Assembly (NCBI GenBank): GCA_977020255.1
Contig: CDROCS010000506.1
Coordinates: 2,170,001-2,234,000, forward strand
Source: Obrimoposthia wandeli
Taxonomy: Eukaryota
Direction of reading: 5' to 3'
Length of the DNA stretch: 64,000 bases
In this document: in pieces, positions 39,718-51,114 of the stretch
How the letters are laid out: every line of letters starts with the position of its first letter
How positions within the stretch are numbered: position 1 is the stretch's first letter
The notes under the pieces: model-generated
Databases searched by the model: none
What the model was told of the DNA's origin: nothing
Seen by the model: only the letters and a program-made list of their open reading frames with translations
Position numbers and translations under genes: made by a program

Positions 39718-40770
39718 TTATTTTCTTAATGGCAGGTAGATGGCAAATTCAGTGTGTCCTGGCCAGCTATTACACTCAATTTTGCCTTTATGCTGTTTCA
39801 CTAAATTTTGCGCAATAGACAGACCGAGTCCGGTGCCACCTTGTCGGGCGGTAACCATCGGATAGAATAAAGTATCTCTGATATGTTCAGGGATACCGGG
39901 GCCATTATCAATGATCTTAATTTCAGCACACAGGCGATATTTCTGTCCTTGAATATTCACTTGATGCGCTGTTCGGGTAATAATTTTGATACTACCGGAT
40001 TGTTTTAGAATTTGAATTGCATTACTAATGATATTCAACAGTGCTTGTTGTAATAAATCCGGTTCCATCTCAAAGTCAGGGATTGAAGGGTCGTAATCAC
40101 GTTCGATAGTAATACCTGAGGGTAAATCAAACTCGACTAATGTTTTTACTTTTTCAATCACGGAATGAATATTTAAAATGGTTTGCTTACCGGGTTTCTG
40201 TGGCCCTAATAAGCGGTCGACGAGTGCGCGTAAACGGTCGGCTTGTTCGATGATAATGCCGGTAAACTCTTTTAACTCGGCTGTTGGCAATTCTTTTTCC
40301 AGTAATTGCGCTGCGCCACGTAAGCCTCCCAGTGGGTTCTTAATCTCGTGGGCCAAGCCTCGCACTAGTTCTTGCGCCGCTTGTTGTTGTACATGCTGAT
40401 AAAGCTCTTGGCTGATCTTTTTTTGTAAATCGATTTGCCTTGCTTCAATTAAAATACAGGTATCAGCCCCAAAGTTAGTGAGCGTTGCCGATATCTCGAC
40501 TAACAGTTGGCGATCATCAATCACTAACGACACTTCATTATCGGTAAACCCTTGGCCTGTTTTAATCGTGCTGGCGAGTAACGATAAATCGAGCGTCGTG
40601 TATTCAATGATATCGGTTATCTTCATGTCCTGTACACGCGTCGCACTTGATCCCAATAACTGTTCACCTGCTGGATTAAGGTATTTAATATGCAGATCAT
40701 TATCGAGCACGAAAACAGAAGATACTAAATTGTTGAGCAATGATTGCTGTGTTTCGGGGATCATGATCAT
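39718..40770 (-). CDS. glnL: Nitrogen regulation sensor kinase NtrB
   Basis: PAS domain, LAHEIKNPLGG H-box, DNGPGIP, GGTGLGL. Confidence 0.95.
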   Translation of the reverse strand: MIMIPETQQSLLNNLVSSVFVLDNDLHIKYLNPAGEQLLGSSATRVQDMKITDIIEYTTLDLSLLASTIKTGQGFTDNEVSLVIDDRQLLVEISATLTNFGADTCILIEARQIDLQKKISQELYQHVQQQAAQELVRGLAHEIKNPLGGLRGAAQLLEKELPTAELKEFTGIIIEQADRLRALVDRLLGPQKPGKQTILNIHSVIEKVKTLVEFDLPSGITIERDYDPSIPDFEMEPDLLQQALLNIISNAIQILKQSGSIKIITRTAHQVNIQGQKYRLCAEIKIIDNGPGIPEHIRDTLFYPMVTARQGGTGLGLSIAQNLVKQHKGKIECNSWPGHTEFAIYLPLRK

Positions 40771-40807
40771 AGTACTTCCTTATCAGGATAACGGTTAGTT
40801 ACTACTT

Positions 40808-40824
40808 TGCACCATTTTGGTGCT
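40808..40824. promoter_or_regulatory. NtrC binding site at the glnL promoter
   Basis: TGCACCA-ttt-TGGTGCT, 13/14 to TGCACCA-N3-TGGTGCA. Confidence 0.85.
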
Positions 40825-40873
40825 TACATTGAAATACTACTGCACAGCGTGATGAAATTAAAGCCGTTATACG

Positions 40874-41407
40874 TTAATTGGCCTTAAAACGATGTAAATA
40901 AACAGTAATTAGTTCAGATGATGCAATTACCTTGCCTGAATTGTTAATTATTTGTAACTGTAGCTGATGAGTGCCAATGGGAATGTTATTGATATTAAAT
41001 TGGCCATCAATTTGCTCGCTATGGATCACGCCATCAATTAATAAACGAATATTTAAACCGTAGGTGAGTGTGCGACTGAGTGTTGCTGAAACGTTTATCT
41101 CACCGCTGTTACTGCGTAAGGTTTGTTGATCGACTGGGCTGTTGATACTAATGTCAATCGGCATTAAAGGTGCGTCAATTGTACTCGCGTTGGTGCTAGC
41201 GTTTGCGGCACTGGCCTCAGGTGTTCTTGATTGGGTTAACGAGTCAATCGAGGGCGGGGTTAATTGCACGTCAATTTCAGTCGCTGATTCAGGTTTACTG
41301 TCATTATCTGAAAAGTGGGTAACACCTTGTTCATCAGTCCATTGATAAATCGCCGATATACTGGGATAGGAAAGTAATAACGCTATTAGTACCATCATGT
41401 GTTTCAT
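40874..41407 (-). CDS. Exported DUF4124-domain protein
   Basis: Signal peptide, IYQWTDEQGVTHFSD motif, Ig-like C-terminus; lies between glnA and glnL. Confidence 0.8.
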   Translation of the reverse strand: MKHMMVLIALLLSYPSISAIYQWTDEQGVTHFSDNDSKPESATEIDVQLTPPSIDSLTQSRTPEASAANASTNASTIDAPLMPIDISINSPVDQQTLRSNSGEINVSATLSRTLTYGLNIRLLIDGVIHSEQIDGQFNINNIPIGTHQLQLQIINNSGKVIASSELITVYLHRFKAN

Positions 41408-41477
41408 TTCGACATCCTGTCTTTTGATTACTTGATTTGTATGGTTATTCTCACCTAGTTACATAAATTTAACAAAT

Positions 41478-41506
41478 AAAAAACCCGCTAAATAGCGGGT
41501 TTTTTT
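41478..41506 (-). terminator. Terminator after glnA (bidirectional form)
   Basis: aaaaaacccgcta-aa-tagcgggttttttt. Confidence 0.85.
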
Positions 41507-41530
41507 AGATTAATTTGTATTAACAACAAA

Positions 41531-42940
41531 TTATACGCTGTAGTACATTTCAAACTCAATTGGATGAGTTGTCATGTTTAGTCTTTCAACTTCTTCAGCT
41601 TTAAGCGTGATGTATGCATCGATAGTATCGTGTGCCATTACATCGCCAGCAATCAAGAATTCACGATCGGCATCTAGTGCTGATAATGCTTCTTCTAGAG
41701 AAGATGCCACTTGTGGGATCTCAGCTGCTTCTTCTGGAGGAAGGTCATATAGATCTTTATCCATTGCATCACCTGGGTGAATACGGTTTTTGATACCGTC
41801 GATACCCGCCATTAACATTGCAGAGAATGCAAGGTATGGGTTAGCCGCTGGATCTGGGAAACGTACTTCAATACGTGTCGCTTTTGCAGACGGTACGATT
41901 GGGATACGGATAGATGCAGAACGGTTACGTGCAGAGTAAGCAAGCATTACAGGTGCTTCAAAACCAGGAACTAGACGTTTGTACGAGTTAGTTGCAGGGT
42001 TAGCAAATGCGTTAATTGCTTTAGCATGTTTGATGATGCCACCAATGTAGTAAAGCGCTGTTTCAGATAGACCGCCATATTGATCACCAGCAAAAATGTT
42101 TTCACCGTTTTTCTGTAGTGATTGGTGACAATGCATACCTGAACCGTTATCGCCTACTAATGGCTTCGGCATAAATGTTGCTGTTTTGCCGTAAGCGTGT
42201 GCAACATTATGGATAACGTATTTAGTGATTTGAACTTCATCTGCTTTTTCAACGATAGAGTTGAATAGTGCAGCAATTTCATTTTGACCAGCTGTTGCTA
42301 CTTCATGGTGATGCGCTTCAACTGTTAAGCCCATTTCTTCCATTACTAAGCACATTGCGCTACGGATGTCTTGTGCAGAGTCAACTGGTGATACTGGGAA
42401 GTAACCACCTTTAACGCCTGGACGGTGACCCATGTTGCCGCCTTCGTACTCTTTATCAGAGTTCCAAGAAGCTTCTTCAGCGTCAATTTTGTACATACTA
42501 CCTGACATGTCTGTTTTGTATTTAACATCATCAAATAGGAAAAACTCTGGTTCTGGACCGAAGAATACGTCATCTGCGATACCAGTTGAACGTAGGTATG
42601 CAAGAGCACGTTTTGCTACAGAGCGTGGGTCACGGCTATAACCTTGCATTGTTGCAGGTTCTAGTACGTCGCAACGAAGGTTAAGCGTTGTTGCTTCTGT
42701 GAACGGGTCAAGTACAGCGGTAGCAGGATCTGGCATTAATACCATATCTGATTCATCGATGCCTTTCCAACCTTGGATAGATGAGCCATCAAACATTTTG
42801 CCTTCTTCAAAGAAGCCTGCAGTAATCTGATGATACGGTAGAGAAACGTGCTGCTCTTTACCTTTCGTATCTGTAAAACGTAAATCTACAAATTTAACGT
42901 CATGTTCTTTAATTAGAGCTAATACGTTTTCTGCTGACAT
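41531..42940 (-). CDS. glnA: Glutamine synthetase type I
   Basis: [29 protein letters not shown], adenylylation Tyr in DKDLYDL. Confidence 0.98.
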   Translation of the reverse strand: MSAENVLALIKEHDVKFVDLRFTDTKGKEQHVSLPYHQITAGFFEEGKMFDGSSIQGWKGIDESDMVLMPDPATAVLDPFTEATTLNLRCDVLEPATMQGYSRDPRSVAKRALAYLRSTGIADDVFFGPEPEFFLFDDVKYKTDMSGSMYKIDAEEASWNSDKEYEGGNMGHRPGVKGGYFPVSPVDSAQDIRSAMCLVMEEMGLTVEAHHHEVATAGQNEIAALFNSIVEKADEVQITKYVIHNVAHAYGKTATFMPKPLVGDNGSGMHCHQSLQKNGENIFAGDQYGGLSETALYYIGGIIKHAKAINAFANPATNSYKRLVPGFEAPVMLAYSARNRSASIRIPIVPSAKATRIEVRFPDPAANPYLAFSAMLMAGIDGIKNRIHPGDAMDKDLYDLPPEEAAEIPQVASSLEEALSALDADREFLIAGDVMAHDTIDAYITLKAEEVERLNMTTHPIEFEMYYSV

Positions 42941-43017
42941 AATAAAATAACCTCCGGTGTCATCAATATGATGGCTTCATTTAAGTTGTTGACTATAAAC
43001 AGTCATGAATTAAATAA

Positions 43018-43033
43018 TGCCATATGCGTGCCA
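43018..43033 (-). promoter_or_regulatory. sigma54 promoter glnAp2
   Basis: Minus strand TGGCAC-gcata-TGGCA with -24 GG and -12 GC. Confidence 0.75.
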
Positions 43034-43118
43034 ACTATGTAAGTTGTTGATTTAAGTATTGTAATGTACTTGTCGTCTGGTGTACCACTCCGCTGTTGCA
43101 CATTGGCTGTGCGTTCGG

Positions 43119-43135
43119 TGCACTATATTGGTGCG
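43119..43135. promoter_or_regulatory. NtrC enhancer site for glnA
   Basis: TGCACTA-tat-TGGTGCG about 100 bp upstream of the sigma54 site; a weaker site lies at 43097-43113. Confidence 0.75.
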
Positions 43136-43458
43136 GCGCTAAGTAGAAACCATTAAACGTATACACTTGTTATTACTATGCTCGATATTATGGTTTATTT
43201 TCAACTATTACCAGTAAAATCGTGTTCAAATTGTTTTGCGAAATACGATGCTATATAAGCAGGATTAATTATTGATTAAAACATTTTATATACTTTATCG
43301 TTGCGCGATAAAAGCGCGTCTTGGGCCTAACAGGCGGTTTCCAACTAAAATAAATGCAATCATTTTACTCTTCGCCAAAATTTTGCTAGGTAGATCACAG
43401 CGGGACGGTTACAATACCGCTTAATTTTTACCCATATAAAAAATATAGAGGCATCACA

Positions 43459-45276
43459 GTGCTAGATAAACTACGCAACATTGCGATTATCGCTCACGTT
43501 GACCACGGCAAAACGACTTTAGTTGACAAATTATTAGAACAGTCAGGTACTTTAGAAACACGTGGTGGTAATGAAGAACGTGTAATGGATTCAAACGATC
43601 TTGAAAAAGAACGTGGGATTACAATTCTTGCTAAGAACACAGCAATTATCTGGAAAGATTACCGTATCAACATCGTAGATACTCCAGGACACGCCGATTT
43701 CGGTGGTGAAGTTGAGCGTATTATGTCTATGGTAGACAGTGTTTGCTTGATCGTTGACGCAGTTGATGGCCCTATGCCACAAACTCGTTTCGTAACACAA
43801 AAAGCATTCGCACACGGTCTTAAGCCAATTGTTGTTATCAACAAAATTGATAAGCCTGGTGCTCGTCCTGAATGGGTTATGGACCAAATCTTCGATTTGT
43901 TTGATAACTTAGGCGCAACTGATGAACAGCTAGACTTTAAAGTTGTTTACGCTTCTGCTCTTAACGGTTGGGCTAACGCTGAATCTGAAGAAGCAACAGA
44001 AAACATGGAACCTTTGTTCCAAGCTATTGTAGATGGTGTTGCTCCACCTGAAGGCGATCGTGACGGTGATTTCCAAATGCAAATTTCACAACTTGATCAC
44101 AACGCATACGTTGGCGTGATCGGTGTTGGTCGTATTACACGTGGTTCTGTAAGAGTAAATCAACAAGTTACTATTATTGGTTCTGACGGTAAAGAACGTA
44201 AAGGCAAAGTTGGCCAAGTATTAGGTTACTTAGGTCTTGAACGTCATGATGTTGAACTTGCACAAGCAGGCGATATCATTGCTGTTACTGGTTTAGGCGA
44301 ACTTAAAATTTCTGACACTATTTGTGCACAGAACAATGTTGAAGCGCTTCCACCGTTATCAGTTGATGAACCAACTGTAACAATGACGTTCCAAGTAAAT
44401 AACTCACCATTCTGTGGTAAAGAAGGTAAATTTGTTACTTCACGTAACATCCTTGACCGTCTAAACAAAGAGTTAGTACACAACGTTGCACTTAAAGTTG
44501 AAGAAACTGCTGATCCAGATAAATTCAAAGTATCTGGCCGTGGTGAACTTCACTTAGGTATCTTAATTGAAAACATGCGTCGTGAAGGTTTCGAGCTAGC
44601 AGTATCTCGTCCTGAAGTTATCGAAAAAATGATCGATGGCAAGTTACACGAACCAATGGAAACATTGACAGTTGATTGTGAAGATCAACACCAGGGTTCT
44701 GTTATGGAACAGTTAGGTATCCGTAAAGCGGAACTAACTAACATGACTCCAGATGGTAAAGGTCGTATTCGTTTAGACTTCATCATCCCAAGCCGTGGTT
44801 TAATCGGTTTCCAAACTGAATTCTTAACAATGACTTCTGGTTCTGGTCTTCTATACCATAGCTTCGATCATTACGGCCCTCATAAAGGCGGTACAATTGG
44901 TCAACGTCAAAACGGTGTATTAGTTTGTAATCAAACTGGTAAAGCTGTTACTTACTCTCTATTCTTCTTACAAGATCGTGGTCGCCTATTCTTAGGTCAC
45001 GCTACAGAAGTTTATGAAGGTCAAATTGTTGGTATTCATAACCGTGCTAACGATTTAACAGTTAACTGTATTCGTGGTAAGCAGCTTACTAACGTACGTT
45101 CTTCTGGTACTGATGAAGCACAAACGCTTTCACCAGCAATCGTATTGACTCTTGAGCAAGCGCTTGAATTCATCGACATCGATGAGCTAGTTGAAGTTAC
45201 GCCGAAAAGCATTCGTATCCGTAAGAAACTTCTTTCAGAAAACGATCGTAAACGTGCTGGTCGTCCAGTTAAATAA
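43459..45276 (+). CDS. typA: Translational GTPase TypA/BipA
   Basis: [34 protein letters not shown]. Confidence 0.97.
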   Translation: MLDKLRNIAIIAHVDHGKTTLVDKLLEQSGTLETRGGNEERVMDSNDLEKERGITILAKNTAIIWKDYRINIVDTPGHADFGGEVERIMSMVDSVCLIVDAVDGPMPQTRFVTQKAFAHGLKPIVVINKIDKPGARPEWVMDQIFDLFDNLGATDEQLDFKVVYASALNGWANAESEEATENMEPLFQAIVDGVAPPEGDRDGDFQMQISQLDHNAYVGVIGVGRITRGSVRVNQQVTIIGSDGKERKGKVGQVLGYLGLERHDVELAQAGDIIAVTGLGELKISDTICAQNNVEALPPLSVDEPTVTMTFQVNNSPFCGKEGKFVTSRNILDRLNKELVHNVALKVEETADPDKFKVSGRGELHLGILIENMRREGFELAVSRPEVIEKMIDGKLHEPMETLTVDCEDQHQGSVMEQLGIRKAELTNMTPDGKGRIRLDFIIPSRGLIGFQTEFLTMTSGSGLLYHSFDHYGPHKGGTIGQRQNGVLVCNQTGKAVTYSLFFLQDRGRLFLGHATEVYEGQIVGIHNRANDLTVNCIRGKQLTNVRSSGTDEAQTLSPAIVLTLEQALEFIDIDELVEVTPKSIRIRKKLLSENDRKRAGRPVK

Positions 45277-45320
45277 TGATAGTTGGCGGGGTTATTATTT
45301 AATAATCTTGGCGCTATGAC

Positions 45321-45355
45321 AAAAAAAGGTGATACTTAGGTATCACCTTTTTTTT
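45321..45355 (+). terminator. Terminator after typA
   Basis: aaaaaaaggtgatac-tta-ggtatcacctttttttt. Confidence 0.85.
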
Positions 45356-45382
45356 ATCTTAAAATTACCAAGGACGGAACCT

Positions 45383-46357
45383 GTGGTTACTTTATCTTAT
45401 CAACAATCGTTGGTATTACTGGCTAAAACAAAAACCAGCCTCTGGTTATTCTTACTCACTTGTTTTGCCTTTCTCCGCTATTTCGGTAAACGCGTCAGCG
45501 ATGATCGGATCACGGTAAACGCCAGTTCTCTTGCCTATACGACATTACTTTCTCTGGTGCCTTTAATTACGGTATTATTTTCTGTGATGTCTGCGTTTCC
45601 TGTTTTTGAAACATGGCAGCAAAGTGTAGAATCCTTTTTATATACCAATCTAGTACCGAATGCGACAGGCGCAGTGCAGGGGCATATCGAAGGTTTTGTC
45701 GCGAATACGGGGAAGATGACCTCTATTGGTTCCGGGGCGTTATTCATGGTAGCGCTGCTACTGATTAACACTATCGATAAGCACATTAATCATATTTGGC
45801 GCTGTAAAATAGATCGTAGTTTCTTTTTATCGTTTGCTGTCTATTGGCTTATTTTAACGTTTGGGCCACTTTTTATCGCCATCAGCTTAGGTATTTCGTC
45901 TTACTTATTATCCTTATCATTCGTGGCTGATGTCACTGAAGTCACTGGCACGGTCAGTTTATTAAAACTGGTGCCTGCTTTACTCGGTACTCTGGGATTA
46001 TTTGTCATGTATGTGGTGATTCCACATCGCCATGTACCAATGCGTTATGCGCTTATTGGTGCCTGTATCAGTGCGTTATTGTTTGAAGCTATAAAGCGTC
46101 TCTTTGCTTGGTATTTAGTACAATTTCCGTCTTATGAAGTGATTTATGGCGCATTAGCAACTATACCTATCTTACTGGTTTGGATTTATATGTGCTGGTT
46201 AATCGTATTGTTAGGCGCTGAAATCACGGCGTCATTAACCGAATTCACTGAGCAGTTACAACTCAAAGCGCTACAATCGGAAATAGAACCAGAACGCCAA
46301 CAACAGTCACATAACCAGCAGCAAAAACACCGTTCTATGGATGACAGTGCTGACTAA
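45383..46357 (+). CDS. yihY: YihY/BrkB-family inner membrane protein; start uncertain
   Basis: ASSLAYTTLLSLVP, YW..LT.GP, IYGALA..PI.L.WIY..W.IVL.GAE. Confidence 0.9.
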   Translation: MVTLSYQQSLVLLAKTKTSLWLFLLTCFAFLRYFGKRVSDDRITVNASSLAYTTLLSLVPLITVLFSVMSAFPVFETWQQSVESFLYTNLVPNATGAVQGHIEGFVANTGKMTSIGSGALFMVALLLINTIDKHINHIWRCKIDRSFFLSFAVYWLILTFGPLFIAISLGISSYLLSLSFVADVTEVTGTVSLLKLVPALLGTLGLFVMYVVIPHRHVPMRYALIGACISALLFEAIKRLFAWYLVQFPSYEVIYGALATIPILLVWIYMCWLIVLLGAEITASLTEFTEQLQLKALQSEIEPERQQQSHNQQQKHRSMDDSAD

Positions 46358-46464
46358 GTAAGACAATTAAAATTCGCTAACGCGATAACATTGTATTTGC
46401 TGATGTTAGATTTCAACTCTCAACCTTTGTGTCCTTTGTTGCGGAAAAGGAGGTTGAGAAGATT

Positions 46465-47439
46465 ATGATTGGACTGTACCCCGCCATCCAGCATTATGCT
46501 GAACATTATTTACCTGTAAACACCCAACATTGCCTTTATATTGAGGAAGTGGGAAATCCGGACGGTATACCGTTATTATTTCTGCATGATGGTCCCGGTA
46601 AGGGCATTATGGAGGATGATCGACGTTTATTCGACCCTAAGCTATACCGCATCATTTTATTCGACCAGCGCGGTTGTGGGGGCTCTAAGCCATATGCGTG
46701 TGTTGATGATAATACGACGCAAGATCTAATTCAGGATATCAATGCAATATTAACGTTATTGGCTATCCAGCGCTGTGTATTATTCGGTGAAGGCTGGGGC
46801 GCAACTCTGGCATTGTTATACAGTTTGAAACACCGCGATAAGGTACAGGGTTTGATATTACACAGTGTGTTTTTAGCGCGTAATCAAGATCTCGCTTGGC
46901 AATTTTCAGCCTCTGGTGGTGCTGCTCAGCTCTTTCCTGAACATTTTAAGCATTTACAGCGTCATGCTAATGGCAATGATTACACGGCGCTACTATCCTC
47001 CTATAGTCAGTTGCTAGTCAGTGATAATGACATCGAAAAAATGACGGCAGCAAAAGCGTGGGTGGAATGGCAGGCGCAAATTGGTAATCCCCATCCGGAA
47101 TTCCGTAGTAAAGTGGACTTAATTGATGCGGATGTGGCGTTAAGTATGTCGACCTTACAGTGTCATTATTTTTCCCAACGCTGTTTTATTAGTGAAAATT
47201 ATATTTTTGAATATTGCAGTGCATTAGCGCAAGTGCCGATGATCATGGTTCATGGTCGTTTTGATATTTCTAATCCACTTGGGCCTGCCTATGCATTATG
47301 CCAACATTTACCACGCGCGCAGTTGTTCATCGTGCCTTATGCCGGGCACTTCGATTGTGAGCCGGGCATGATAGATGCGTTACGAAAAGCGACTGAGCTC
47401 ATGGCTGAGATCATCGACTATGAGTTTGTCAGTGATTAA
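46465..47439 (+). CDS. Proline iminopeptidase homolog, predicted catalytically inactive (nucleophile Ser replaced by Gly)
   Basis: GNPDG.P..FLHDGPG, FDQRGCG.S.P, DNTT.DL; nucleophile elbow reads GEGWG; D (HGRFD) and H (AGH) retained. Confidence 0.75.
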   Translation: MIGLYPAIQHYAEHYLPVNTQHCLYIEEVGNPDGIPLLFLHDGPGKGIMEDDRRLFDPKLYRIILFDQRGCGGSKPYACVDDNTTQDLIQDINAILTLLAIQRCVLFGEGWGATLALLYSLKHRDKVQGLILHSVFLARNQDLAWQFSASGGAAQLFPEHFKHLQRHANGNDYTALLSSYSQLLVSDNDIEKMTAAKAWVEWQAQIGNPHPEFRSKVDLIDADVALSMSTLQCHYFSQRCFISENYIFEYCSALAQVPMIMVHGRFDISNPLGPAYALCQHLPRAQLFIVPYAGHFDCEPGMIDALRKATELMAEIIDYEFVSD

Positions 47440-47500
47440 TTTCAGCAGTTTCGGTATTATCAATAACATTAAAATTGAATAATGATTATTGAGGCAAAAC

Positions 47501-47938
47501 ATGATTGCATTGATCCAACGTGTGCGCAAAGCAGATGTAAGCGTTGAAAATGAAGTGATTGGTAAAATAGAACAAGGATTACTGGTATTTCTAGGCGTTG
47601 AAAAAGGCGATACTGAAGCCAAAGCAAAGCGTTTATGCGAGAAACTATTAGCTTATCGCGTGTTTAGTGATGCTGATGACAAGATGAATTTGAATGTACA
47701 ACAAGTGAATGGTGAGCTGTTGGTGGTATCACAGTTCACCCTTGCGGCAGATACTAATTCTGGCACCCGACCGAGTTTTTCGACGGCGGCAGCACCTGCA
47801 GATGCTAATCACTTATATGAGCACTTTGTTGGGCAATGTCACCAGAAAGAAATAACCACAGCGACAGGGCGTTTTGCCGCTGATATGCAAGTGTCGTTAG
47901 TCAATGATGGACCAGTTACTTTTTGGCTGCAGGTGTAA
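47501..47938 (+). CDS. dtd: D-aminoacyl-tRNA deacylase
   Basis: [19 protein letters not shown]. Confidence 0.96.
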   Translation: MIALIQRVRKADVSVENEVIGKIEQGLLVFLGVEKGDTEAKAKRLCEKLLAYRVFSDADDKMNLNVQQVNGELLVVSQFTLAADTNSGTRPSFSTAAAPADANHLYEHFVGQCHQKEITTATGRFAADMQVSLVNDGPVTFWLQV

Positions 47939-47978
47939 GTAGCAGACCATGAGTGATAGTAATAGACAAGGAGAGACT

Positions 47979-48878
47979 ATGTTTCACGTGCACGTACCTG
48001 AAACGGAACAAGAATTAGAAGATTATTATCATTTACGCTGGTCGCTGTTAAGAGCACCTTTACAGCGTCCACGTGGTACTGAAAAAGATATTTACGATGA
48101 GCACAGTGAACATCGTATGATCTTGGATAATACTGGTACGCCTATCGCCTGTGGTCGAATTTACACTGCGGGGGTGAACGAATCGCAAATCCATTACATG
48201 GCGGTAGATCCGAGTCACCGTAAGAAAGGCTTAGGTAGCTTGCTGATCTCGGCGTTAGAAGATGAAGCCTATAAAGCCGGTAGTGAACGTATTGTCATGA
48301 ATGCACGCGTTGAAGCGGTGCCATTTTATGAAAAGTGTGGTTTTTCTTTAGTCGGTAGTGGCCAAATCACGGAAGGTGTTCGTCATCGTCAGATGATTAA
48401 AGAAGTCAGCGCGATGGATAAGATATTACGCCATCCTGGCTGGTGTGCAGAACTGCAAAACGAGTGGGCGACTAAGATCCCAATTAGTCAGCATATGGGC
48501 ATTAATATTCGCCAATATAGCGGTTGGCGATTTGAAACTTCAGCGCCATTAAACGCTAATGTCAACGTCCACGATACCATGTTCGCTGGTAGTATTTATA
48601 GCCAAGCGACTTTAACGGGTTGGGGATTAGTGTGGCTGATGCTGAAAGAACAAGGCTTGATGGGTAATATTGTGCTGTCTAAAGGTAATATCCATTATAA
48701 ACGTCCGATTAATCTTGAGCCGTTTGCGGTGGCACATAAATATCGCATGAAGGGCAGTTTGCTTGAGCTACTAGAAGGGCGCAACGCCAAGTTGGATATT
48801 GACGTTGATGTTTACAGTGGACCTAAGTTAGCCGCGGTGTTTAGTGCGACCTTTGTGGTGATCCCTGTCGGTGCTTAG
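47979..48878 (+). CDS. yiiD: YiiD (FabY) GNAT plus thioesterase-fold protein
   Basis: GNAT motif R.KGLG..L; C-terminal IPISQ.MG, N.H.TMFAGSIYS.ATL.GWG. Confidence 0.85.
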   Translation: MFHVHVPETEQELEDYYHLRWSLLRAPLQRPRGTEKDIYDEHSEHRMILDNTGTPIACGRIYTAGVNESQIHYMAVDPSHRKKGLGSLLISALEDEAYKAGSERIVMNARVEAVPFYEKCGFSLVGSGQITEGVRHRQMIKEVSAMDKILRHPGWCAELQNEWATKIPISQHMGINIRQYSGWRFETSAPLNANVNVHDTMFAGSIYSQATLTGWGLVWLMLKEQGLMGNIVLSKGNIHYKRPINLEPFAVAHKYRMKGSLLELLEGRNAKLDIDVDVYSGPKLAAVFSATFVVIPVGA

Positions 48879-48927
48879 TCTTTGGCTTAGCGCTTAATTC
48901 TTATCCCTTAAAACAGCGTTATTAGCG

Positions 48928-51000
48928 TTAAGCGTTAGAATAAATGTCTTTGTCGGCCATCCAACGCTGGGTGATCGCATGGGCATTTTCAGGGTGCTGT
49001 TGCAATAAGTGGCGAGCAATATTTTGTACCAAGGGTATCAGTTGTTGGTCACGCACTAAATCTGCCACTTTTAAGTCGGCAATACCGGTTTGTTTGCTGC
49101 CAAGCATTTCACCTGGACCACGGATCTCAAGATCCCGCTGTGCAATTCTAAAACCGTCGGTAGTTTCGCGTAATACCGACAAGCGCTTACTACCTGTATC
49201 GGAAAGGGGCGCATGATAAAGTAATACGCAATGGCTGGCGACTTTACCACGACCCACACGCCCGCGTAGCTGATGTAATTGTGCTAGACCCAAGCGTTCC
49301 GGATTTTCGATAATCATCAGACTGGCATTTGGTACATCCACGCCCACTTCAATTACGGTTGTCGCGACCAGTAAGTCTAATTCTTTATTCTTAAATGCTG
49401 CCATGACGTATTGTTTTTCAATGGCCTTCATTCGTCCGTGGACTAAACCAATACGTAAGTCGGGTAATTGTTTCTGCAAATCATTAGCGGTATCTTCAGC
49501 AGCTTGTGCCTCTAAGACTTCCGATTCTTCAATTAGGGTACATACCCAATAGACCTGACGGCCTTCATTTTTAACCGCTAACTCGACACGTTCAATAATT
49601 TTACCGCGTTTAGTGTCGGGCATCACGACAGTTGTAATGGGCGTACGACCGGGCGGCAGTTCATCGATCACCGAGGTATTTAAATCGGCATAAGCAGTCA
49701 TGGCTAATGTGCGCGGGATCGGTGTTGCTGTCATAAATAATTGATGGGGGTATAAACCACTCACTGCGCCTTTTTCGCGTAGTGCAAGGCGCTGCTCAAC
49801 ACCAAAGCGATGTTGTTCATCAATGATGACTAAGGTTAAATTTAAAAAATGCACTGCATCTTGAAAAATAGCATGGGTACCGACAATCATCTGCGTTTCG
49901 CCACTGGCAATCGATTCCAGTTCGGCTTCCCGGGCTTTACCTTTTTGTTTACCTGACAACCAACCGACTTTAATACCCAGTTGATTGAACCAGCCTTTGA
50001 AATTTAGTGCGTGTTGCTCGGCTAATATCTCCGTCGGTGCCATCAATGCCACTTGATAGCCATTTCCGATAGCCTGAAGCGCCGCTAGAGCTGCCACAAG
50101 GGTTTTACCTGACCCAACGTCACCTTGGACTAAGCGCATCATAGGATAGGCTTTCTGGAGGTCCTGTTGGATTTCTTTAACGACACGTTGCTGTGCATTG
50201 GTCGGTGTGAATGGCAGTTGTGCTAAAAACTTATCGGTAATGGTTTTGCTCGGTTGTAATTTGACAGCTGGATGCTGCTGCATTTTTTTACGTAATTGCA
50301 GCATGCTGATATTTTGCGCCAGCAGTTCTTCAATAATTAAGCGTTGCTGGGCGGGGTGTTGACCTTGTTCTAATAATTCCAGCGATACATCGGGTGTTGG
50401 TCGATGTAATAATTGAATGGCATGGTTTAATTCAATTTGGCCGGTATACAGTCCTGTCGGCAGTAATTCTTGCAATGTACTTTGGCTGAGGTGCTGCAGT
50501 GCTTGGTCGGTTAGATTACGCAAGGTTAATTGTTTTAAGCCATCGGTTGAAGGATAAACCGGTGTGAGGGTTTCTTCACTCATATCTGAATACGTAGATT
50601 GGGCAATTTTGTATTCTGGATGGACAATTTCATAACCAAAGCGGCCACGGCGGAATTCGCCAAACGCGGTAATGGTTTTACCGACATTGAAACTGTTTTT
50701 TTGTCCGGCATTAAAATGGAAAAACAATAGCGTGATGATGCCTGTGCCGTCGTTGACTTTACAAGACATGATTTTGCGTTTACCAAACGTGACATCGCAG
50801 CTGACGATCTCGCCTTCGATAGTGCCGTGCAGACCGGGCAGTAGGTCTTGGATTGGATAGATGGTAGTACGATCTTGGTATCGACTTGGCAAGTGAAAAA
50901 GCAAATCCTGAACGGTAATGAGGTTCAGCTTCGCTAATTTTTCGGCCATTTTCGCGCCGACACCTTTTAATTCAATAACCGGGATCTTATCTAATCGCAT
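48928..51000 (-). CDS. recG: ATP-dependent DNA helicase RecG
   Basis: QGDVGSGKT, DEQHRFGV, MTATPIPRT, QLRGRVGRG, RGPGE. Confidence 0.97.
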   Translation of the reverse strand: MRLDKIPVIELKGVGAKMAEKLAKLNLITVQDLLFHLPSRYQDRTTIYPIQDLLPGLHGTIEGEIVSCDVTFGKRKIMSCKVNDGTGIITLLFFHFNAGQKNSFNVGKTITAFGEFRRGRFGYEIVHPEYKIAQSTYSDMSEETLTPVYPSTDGLKQLTLRNLTDQALQHLSQSTLQELLPTGLYTGQIELNHAIQLLHRPTPDVSLELLEQGQHPAQQRLIIEELLAQNISMLQLRKKMQQHPAVKLQPSKTITDKFLAQLPFTPTNAQQRVVKEIQQDLQKAYPMMRLVQGDVGSGKTLVAALAALQAIGNGYQVALMAPTEILAEQHALNFKGWFNQLGIKVGWLSGKQKGKAREAELESIASGETQMIVGTHAIFQDAVHFLNLTLVIIDEQHRFGVEQRLALREKGAVSGLYPHQLFMTATPIPRTLAMTAYADLNTSVIDELPPGRTPITTVVMPDTKRGKIIERVELAVKNEGRQVYWVCTLIEESEVLEAQAAEDTANDLQKQLPDLRIGLVHGRMKAIEKQYVMAAFKNKELDLLVATTVIEVGVDVPNASLMIIENPERLGLAQLHQLRGRVGRGKVASHCVLLYHAPLSDTGSKRLSVLRETTDGFRIAQRDLEIRGPGEMLGSKQTGIADLKVADLVRDQQLIPLVQNIARHLLQQHPENAHAITQRWMADKDIYSNA

Positions 51001-51017
51001 AATTACTCACGAATCTA

Positions 51018-51033
51018 CTGTATATATAAACAT
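51018..51033. promoter_or_regulatory. Probable LexA box upstream of recG
   Basis: CTGTatatataaACAT, one mismatch to CTGT-N8-ACAG. Confidence 0.6.
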
Positions 51034-51049
51034 ATATTATCAGAAGACT

Positions 51050-51101
51050 TATACCCAAGCTACTTCAAAATGATATAGCATCTTAGAAGTAGCTTGGGGA
51101 T
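51050..51101. repeat. Short ERIC-like palindromic intergenic element
   Basis: tata-cccaagctacttc ... gaagtagcttggg with 13-bp perfect arms; TATACCC terminus as in ERIC/IRU elements. Confidence 0.65.
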
Positions 51102-51114
51102 GGATTATACTAGC

